NCBI GenBank assembly: GCA_964615235.1
Contig: CAZTMK010000010.1
Location: forward strand, 2,118-66,117
Length of the DNA: 64,000 bases
Reading direction: 5' to 3'
DNA from: an uncultured Thermoplasmatales archaeon
GTDB lineage: Archaea; Thermoplasmatota; E2; DHVEG-1
The position numbers and the translations under genes were made by a program. This document shows positions 58,535-64,000 of the stretch, one piece after another (positions within the stretch are counted from its first letter, which is position 1; each line of letters opens with the position of its first letter). The notes under the pieces are model-generated. The model saw nothing but the letters and a program-made list of their open reading frames with translations, was not told where the DNA came from and made no database searches.

Positions 58535-58681
58535 TATTGATAACTTTATAAAATTAATCTGTTCTTATATTGTCTTTAAAAGTCAACCTCAAACAAAACC
58601 TAACAACCAATTCTTTAACTTTAAACGATACATATAAAAGTAAAATTAAGTTTTTTACAAAATTGTGAGGAAGTAATTATT

Positions 58682-59086
58682 ATGGCAAAAGCAAGTTATA
58701 CAAAATTAGGAAGTTGGGTTTTTCTTATTGGTATTTTGATTGCTTTTATTGTCGGAATTTATCAAGCTTATACTCTAGAGTCAGGAGAAAATTTCTTTGA
58801 ATCAACCATTGGTGGTTGGAGTGCTTGGGTGCTTGCAGCAATAGGAATTGTTGTAGGGATATTGGCGTTTTTTGGTGAGGGAACAATTACAAAAATGGAA
58901 GCGCCAAATTTTCTAATGGCAGGAATAGCACTTGTAGTCATGTACGGAGTTTTTAGGGGAATTGAGATGAATCCATTCATTGGGTCTTTGCTGCATGGTA
59001 TTTCTATGAGTCTATCTATATTTGTTGCCCCCGCTGTAGGTTTGATTGCAATTAAAACTATATGGGATATTGGAAAAGATCGTTAA
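58682..59086 (+). CDS. Hypothetical four-TM membrane protein
   Basis: 134 aa with four hydrophobic helices. RBS-like GTGAGGAAG upstream. Confidence 0.5.
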   Translation: MAKASYTKLGSWVFLIGILIAFIVGIYQAYTLESGENFFESTIGGWSAWVLAAIGIVVGILAFFGEGTITKMEAPNFLMAGIALVVMYGVFRGIEMNPFIGSLLHGISMSLSIFVAPAVGLIAIKTIWDIGKDR

Positions 59087-59178
59087 TTTTTCAAGAGTAA
59101 TAAACACCAATAAATTTTAAAAATATACAAAAATCTTTAATTGGTAAAATATTTGTTAAAATTGTAGGTTGATAGAAA

Positions 59179-59751
59179 TTGAAATCATTTGGTTTTTTAA
59201 ATTTATCAGGTATTTGCGGCATGTCATTAATATTTATTATCAGCTCTGTACTGATAATATCAATACAGAATGCACAGTGGTTTAGTTGGACGGACAATGC
59301 AATTAGTGATTTGGGAAGACCCGAACATGGCATGCCTTTTTTCAATTTAGCATTGGGCTTTATTGGAATTTTATTACTAGTATTCTCAATTGGTTTGGTA
59401 ACTTCTTTGAAAAAAGAACGTATAGGACCAACGATATTAGCATTAAGCTCAATTTATTTTATTGGAATTGGAATCTTTCCACTTCCTGACCCAAACCATA
59501 TTGACGTTTCGGGATTATTTTTTATTGCTTTTCCCCTTAGTTTTTTAATTTTGGGATTGCAATTGTACAAAAGAAATAATGTTTTCTTAAGGAAAATGGG
59601 CAGATTTGCCATAGTTATTGGAATTATTTCGGCTTTGTCACCAATCATTCTTTTGTTTTACGAAGGAATTGCAATTCCTGAAGTAATAATTATTATTCCA
59701 GGTTTTACATGGTGTTTTCTATATGGTTTAAATTTATTTTTAAAAAAATAA
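59179..59751 (+). CDS. DUF998-like multi-pass membrane protein
   Basis: 190 aa with about 6 TM helices. WTDNAISDLG resembles the ISxLG motif that I associate with DUF998. Confidence 0.45.
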   Translation: MKSFGFLNLSGICGMSLIFIISSVLIISIQNAQWFSWTDNAISDLGRPEHGMPFFNLALGFIGILLLVFSIGLVTSLKKERIGPTILALSSIYFIGIGIFPLPDPNHIDVSGLFFIAFPLSFLILGLQLYKRNNVFLRKMGRFAIVIGIISALSPIILLFYEGIAIPEVIIIIPGFTWCFLYGLNLFLKK

Positions 59752-59881
59752 TTCTTGATAATTTTTTGTAATTAAAGTAACTTATTTTCCATTGGTATAA
59801 TTTAATTATATAACATCATAAGAAAAGATTTATATTTATTAATTATATTTTCAATATTTAGAAATTGTAGAAGGGGGAATA

Positions 59882-62143
59882 ATGAAGCCAAGATTTTATG
59901 CAATTTTAGTTTGTATGTTATTGATTGCAACTTGTATTTCTGTATCTGGAGATTTTAAAAAAGAAGAAAAAAATTGTAAGTTTGAAATTTTAACGAATCC
60001 AATAGAGCAAAATCCAAATGCCGATAATAACAATTACAAAGAAGAGGGATTAAATAATTTAAATATTGCAATTACCAAACCAAAAAATTCCATATATTTC
60101 AATGATTTTGAATTGATTCCATTTATAATGCCTCTCTGTATCGGACCAATCACAATTACTGCGCAAGTAACTGCAGACAATGCCGGGAGTAGAGTGGAAT
60201 TTTATGTAGATGATGAATTAAAACATATTGACTATTCCTCACCTTATACATGGTTTTGGGATGAAACCACGTTTTTTACCCGAAAGGTAACTGTTGAATT
60301 ATTTGATGAGTCATTGGGATCTTTAGCATCTGACTCAATAAATATTTATACTTTTAATTATCAACCCGAACCAAAAATGTTGTCAAAACAAGAAGCCATA
60401 AAACTATTAGTTGATGAAATAATTAAACCTTCAACATTAAATCACACTTTATATGCATTTACTCTTGATGCCCCCCTCAAGAGAGGCAATAAAGTAGCTC
60501 CCTGGTTACCAGACCCGGTACCAGCAAAAGTTGAAACTTTTCCTTATCTAATTTATCGTCAAATTGAAAAAGCAGAATGGTTTTTCTGGATTGATGATAT
60601 ACCTAGAGCATTATATACACATGATACCAGGTTTGTATTCATAGATGCAAAAACATCTGCAATCCATGTAAAAGAGGAAAAATGGTGGCCAGTACTTAAC
60701 GACATATCATTGTGGACTTCGCCCTTAGAATATTGGAATCCTTCTAATTGGGCTTATACAAATGATCAAAATCCTTCTTATCTTGGATCATTTAACGATA
60801 ATAAAGAAAATGAATTTAGTCCGATTCAATCTCTCGATATAACCCTAGAAAGTGAAGGGGCAGTTGTTATTAACGGTTGGTCTAAAGGTCAATCATGTGG
60901 CCCAGATATAAATGATACAGCAGAAAAGATTGGAAGATTTTTCAGAACCTATCCTGGTTTTGACACAAAAACAGTTGAACCTCCAAATAATAATCAGTCA
61001 AATATAAATGATGCTTTTAATGATACTTCTGATAATGATGACGTTGTAGTATACATAGTTGGCCATGGAGGAATAGATGCAGCAGGTGAACCGTATGCAT
61101 CATGCGGAGGAGACAAGGTAACAGAAGATGAATTATGTAAAATGGCGCAGGGAAATCCCAATACAACATACAAATGGGTAATAGAGTGTTGTCATAGCGG
61201 CTCATTTATTGAATCCTTATCAAAATTAAATAATTCAGCAAAAATCATTACTGCCAGCGATAAATGCGAAACTGCCTACGCCGATATCGACCCTGCAAAT
61301 GATCCAAACAAAGATGATACAGGCACTGAATTCGGTAGCGGTTTTTACGAAGACTTATGGGAGGAGTGGTTTAAAAATCCATCAATTGATATAATCGATC
61401 TACTGGATTTAGCTTATAAAAGCGCAGTTGCTAAAGACGCAGGAGCAATAAATGGATGGACTCATCCTCAGGTTTGGGAGAGAAAAGACAAAGATGCGCC
61501 AATAGTAATAATTACTGAACCTGAAAACAATACAACAATTTATACTCCAATTGCCAAGGTTAAAGGCTGGGCAATAGACACGGTTTCTGACGTTGTTTTC
61601 TTAGATTACATTTGGGAATCAGCCGAAGGAACTGCTTATGGTTACACTATTATTGATCCACCTTTACCTTATGTAAATTTCAAACTTACATTGTATGAAT
61701 TCGTAGAAGGATGGAATAAAGTAACCATTGGTGCAAAAGATTCAGTAGGTAATTATGGCACCGACTATGTTATATTTTATTGGCAACTCCATGAAGACAA
61801 TATACCGCCTGTAACAGTAAAAGAAGTTGGAGAACCAAAGGGAGATATAACAGGTTTCCTTTTAGAGCCTTTTACTCCAATTTGGTTGAACGCAACTGAT
61901 CCCGAACCAGGATCGGGTGTTGCTTACATAAATTTTGAAATATGGTGGGACAGTAATAGTGATGGAGTTATTGATACACTAATGGCAGAAGAAACAGTAT
62001 ACGATGACACCGTTGAACTTTATTTTGGCCAATATGGAATAACATCTGGTCAAGTAGAATTGCGATGGCACGCTACAGATAACGCAGAAAATACAGAAGA
62101 AATGCATTACCAAAAACATTTTGTTGTCCCAGAATTGTCTTAA
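59882..62143 (+). CDS. Secreted peptidase C13 (legumain/caspase-fold)-like protein with Ig-like domains
   Basis: Signal peptide. His/Cys dyad contexts VVVYIVGHGG and WVIECCHSGSFIESL (compare legumain GHG ... E-A-C-E-S-G-S). Ig-like segments at the N- and C-termini. Confidence 0.55.
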   Translation: MKPRFYAILVCMLLIATCISVSGDFKKEEKNCKFEILTNPIEQNPNADNNNYKEEGLNNLNIAITKPKNSIYFNDFELIPFIMPLCIGPITITAQVTADNAGSRVEFYVDDELKHIDYSSPYTWFWDETTFFTRKVTVELFDESLGSLASDSINIYTFNYQPEPKMLSKQEAIKLLVDEIIKPSTLNHTLYAFTLDAPLKRGNKVAPWLPDPVPAKVETFPYLIYRQIEKAEWFFWIDDIPRALYTHDTRFVFIDAKTSAIHVKEEKWWPVLNDISLWTSPLEYWNPSNWAYTNDQNPSYLGSFNDNKENEFSPIQSLDITLESEGAVVINGWSKGQSCGPDINDTAEKIGRFFRTYPGFDTKTVEPPNNNQSNINDAFNDTSDNDDVVVYIVGHGGIDAAGEPYASCGGDKVTEDELCKMAQGNPNTTYKWVIECCHSGSFIESLSKLNNSAKIITASDKCETAYADIDPANDPNKDDTGTEFGSGFYEDLWEEWFKNPSIDIIDLLDLAYKSAVAKDAGAINGWTHPQVWERKDKDAPIVIITEPENNTTIYTPIAKVKGWAIDTVSDVVFLDYIWESAEGTAYGYTIIDPPLPYVNFKLTLYEFVEGWNKVTIGAKDSVGNYGTDYVIFYWQLHEDNIPPVTVKEVGEPKGDITGFLLEPFTPIWLNATDPEPGSGVAYINFEIWWDSNSDGVIDTLMAEETVYDDTVELYFGQYGITSGQVELRWHATDNAENTEEMHYQKHFVVPELS

Positions 62144-62699
62144 TTAAATAACACACTTTCTTTTTTCTTTTTAAGTCCCTGTTAACTAATCGTTTAGAGA
62201 GTTTAAATAAATTAATAATATTATTTATTAAACCAATTGTAACTTTACAATAAATATTAAATGGAAATTGTAATTAAATTAAATAATTGTAAATTCATTT
62301 ATCTTTTATAAAAATTATTTTTGTTTTTTAATTAAAAAGTGCTAAATTTGAAATATGTGCAAAATACCTAAATATTGTTAAAAAAATCCATTTTTGAACA
62401 TATTTTCAATGAAAAGTCTTATATTTAAAAATACAGGATTTGCTGGTGAATGGAAATGAAAAGGGAGGTTTTCTGGCAAACTTTTAAATTTAGAATGAAT
62501 GCATACCTGATAAGGGAGGAAATTGAACTAAAATCAACATTTCATTACTTTGCCCCCTTTTTTATTTTCTATTACTAAAAATTTTCATTTCCTCCCTTTT
62601 TTCCTCCTCTCATCAATCCCTGTTTTTAAAATTTTTTTATATTATACTTACAATCACCCTGCGTATACTGTTAAAAGAAACAAATTCATATTTTATAAT

Positions 62700-62840
62700 A
62701 TGATGTTTAAGCATAAGTGTAAAAAATGTGGTAATTTCAGACCAATTACAGATTTTTTCAAGGGTGAAACTTGTATTGATGGATATTTTAAGATATGTAA
62801 GAATTGTCGAAGAAAAGAATTAGAATCATACATTGTGTAA
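62700..62840 (+). CDS. Mini zinc-finger protein, 46 aa (trimmed from listed ORF 62550..62840)
   Basis: MMFKHKCKKCGNFRPITDFFKGETCIDGYFKICKNCRRKELESYIV. The upstream part of the listed ORF is low-complexity F/L/P sequence. Confidence 0.35.
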   Translation: MMFKHKCKKCGNFRPITDFFKGETCIDGYFKICKNCRRKELESYIV

Positions 62841-62859
62841 AATGGGGGGGCAGGCGGGG

Positions 62860-63009
62860 ATGGTAATAAAAGAGAAAAAATGCATAGACTGTAGAAAGAT
62901 AAGCAAAATTAACCACAATGCTGAAAGATGCTATTATTGCGCACAAAAAAGAAGGAAATATCTTGATACTTTAAGATATAAAAAAAGAAGGGATCAAACA
63001 AAATCTTGA
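62860..63009 (+). CDS. Mini zinc-finger protein, 49 aa (or 55 aa from ATG 62842); not in the ORF track
   Basis: MVIKEKKCIDCRKISKINHNAERCYYCAQKRRKYLDTLRYKKRRDQTKS. Confidence 0.35.
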   Translation: MVIKEKKCIDCRKISKINHNAERCYYCAQKRRKYLDTLRYKKRRDQTKS

Positions 63010-63083
63010 TTATTTTTGGCAAAAAATCAATCAAATTCCTTACTTAAGTAATATTTTTTCTTTATTGTGTCAACATTAAAAAA

Positions 63084-63156
63084 TGCCGCGGGAGGGACTT
63101 GAACCCTCGACATCACGGTCTTCAGCCGTGCACTCTCCCAACTGAGTTACCGCGGC
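63084..63156 (-). tRNA. tRNA-Phe (anticodon GAA), CCA not encoded
   Basis: Manual cloverleaf: acceptor GCCGCGG/CCGCGGC, D arm ACUC-AGUUGGGA-GAGU, anticodon arm CACGG-CUGAAGA-CCGUG, variable AUGUC, T arm GAGGG-UUCAAGU-CCCUC, discriminator A; 73 nt. Confidence 0.95.
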
Positions 63157-63180
63157 AAACTAAAATCCACAAAATTTGGT

Positions 63181-63546
63181 CTAACCAAGTGTGTCAATCA
63201 GTTTGGAGGCCATGCCAGATATTTTATTTAAGGAATTTTTCAATTCTGAAATGGTTTGGTCAACAGCATCAGTAGTTATTGCTCCCTGAGGGGATGGTTC
63301 GATTAGACCATCTTGCTCTAAAATTCTAAGTGAGTATCTTACCATATGCTGTGGATAATTTGTCAATTCTGCTAGTTTAATTATACCCATCGGCTGATTA
63401 TCTTTTAAAGTTTTTAAAACATCTATGTGTCTTTTTAGGATATCTAGCTCGGTTACAATGACGCTTGTCAATATGCATCCATCTTTTTTTGAATTTTTCA
63501 TTGCCAAATACCTTTGTGATATTTTTACTTGGTAATCTACTACCAT
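63181..63546 (-). CDS. Winged-helix DNA-binding protein
   Basis: 121 aa. MGIIKLAELTNYPQHMVRYSLRILEQDGLIEPSPQG is a typical wHTH recognition helix plus wing. Confidence 0.55.
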   Translation of the reverse strand: MVVDYQVKISQRYLAMKNSKKDGCILTSVIVTELDILKRHIDVLKTLKDNQPMGIIKLAELTNYPQHMVRYSLRILEQDGLIEPSPQGAITTDAVDQTISELKNSLNKISGMASKLIDTLG

Positions 63547-63661
63547 TATTTAAAAATCTCTATAATCTATTTAAGCAAAGAAAATAGTTGTTTAAATTAA
63601 AAATATTTATGGATTATGTCTTTTGATTATATTCAAAGCTATAGTTGACTATTACAAACAA

Positions 63662-63736
63662 GGGTCTGGTTTTTGATGGTGGTTTGAGGAAAGGATGGGA
63701 TGCAAAAAGTTTATAGATATTTTCCAAACCAGACCC
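63662..63736. repeat. 11-bp perfect inverted repeat (GGGTCTGGTTT ... AAACCAGACCC) enclosing a 53-nt G-rich loop
   Basis: Read directly. It lies in the divergent spacer between the wHTH gene and the integrase-like ORF. Confidence 0.6.
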
Positions 63737-63827
63737 AAATATATTAACGATTGTTAATTTATAAAGTTTTTCCTAGAAAAACATTTGTACACAAAACATT
63801 TTAAATTAACTATTATTATTGATTTTT

Positions 63828-64000
63828 ATGGCAAGGGGAAGGAAAGAAATTAATTTTTTATCAGATAAGAATAAAAAATTATTAGATGAATTTATGAATC
63901 ACATTGAAACGAAGTATCATTCTAAATGTACAATAAAATCATTTAAATTCAGTATTAAAAAGATACTTAGTAAAATAGACAAAGACATTGAGAAATTAAA
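63828..64000 (+). CDS. Possible tyrosine recombinase/integrase, N-terminal SAM-like domain only (runs off the window)
   Basis: MARGRKEINFLSDKNKKLLDEFMNHIETKYHSKCTIKSFKFSIKKIL fits the L-x-x-F-x-x-x-L...S-x-x-T-x-x-x-Y-x-x-x-I-x-x-F pattern of Xer/integrase N-domains. The catalytic domain is not in the window. Confidence 0.35.
   Translation, partial: MARGRKEINFLSDKNKKLLDEFMNHIETKYHSKCTIKSFKFSIKKILSKIDKDIEKL

Noticed and set aside
62550-62699. First 50 codons of listed ORF 62550..62840
   Set aside because: The translation (PPFLFSITKNFHFLPFFLLSSIPVF...) looks like translated AT/CT-rich spacer and overlaps an inverted repeat. The zinc-finger part starts at ATG 62700.
1-64000. CRISPR array, rRNA genes, or additional tRNA genes
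   Set aside because: I saw no regularly spaced direct repeats of 24-40 nt. I also saw no further GC-rich cloverleaf-sized islands besides tRNA-Phe, RNase P RNA and the element at 2300-2421.

Overview
By eye this is a strongly AT-rich archaeal chromosomal segment. Archaeal markers are RadA, an RNase P RNA with the CR-I and CR-V motifs, a tRNA-Phe with no encoded CCA, smc-scpA-scpB, an RPA-like OB-fold protein and MtrA/MtrH-like subunits. I cannot place the lineage from sequence alone; the MtrA-like and MtrH-like genes lie outside any mtr operon, next to a short MetE-like gene. The window has three parts. (1) 1-9 kb holds secreted beta-helix and transglutaminase-like proteins, an aminotransferase, a Rep-like ORF beside an unassigned GC-rich structured element, and an IS4-type insertion sequence that looks GC-richer than its surroundings. 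(2) About 9-27.3 kb is an accessory, defence-island-like region. It holds a Gabija-like OLD-ATPase/TOPRIM plus UvrD-helicase pair, extended by a DEDDh exonuclease and a small RHH gene that the ORF track missed. It also holds a second DEDD exonuclease, an AlbA_2/Schlafen-like protein, a short Shedu/DUF4263-like nuclease, two further PD-(D/E)xK candidates (one possibly split by a frameshift) and an orphan three-gene operon: TIR/NDT-like protein, 508-aa unknown, small membrane protein. That operon is my best candidate for an undescribed system. (3) 28-64 kb is mostly housekeeping: RNase P RNA, acyl-CoA synthetase, Kbl/BioF-family enzyme, RadA, the translationally coupled mtrH-like/metE-like/DUF4346-like operon, SMC-ScpAB and tRNA-Phe. 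Large secreted C25- and C13-type peptidase or adhesin-like proteins are interspersed. No CRISPR array and no rRNA were seen. All functional calls come from motif recognition by eye, since no database search was possible.
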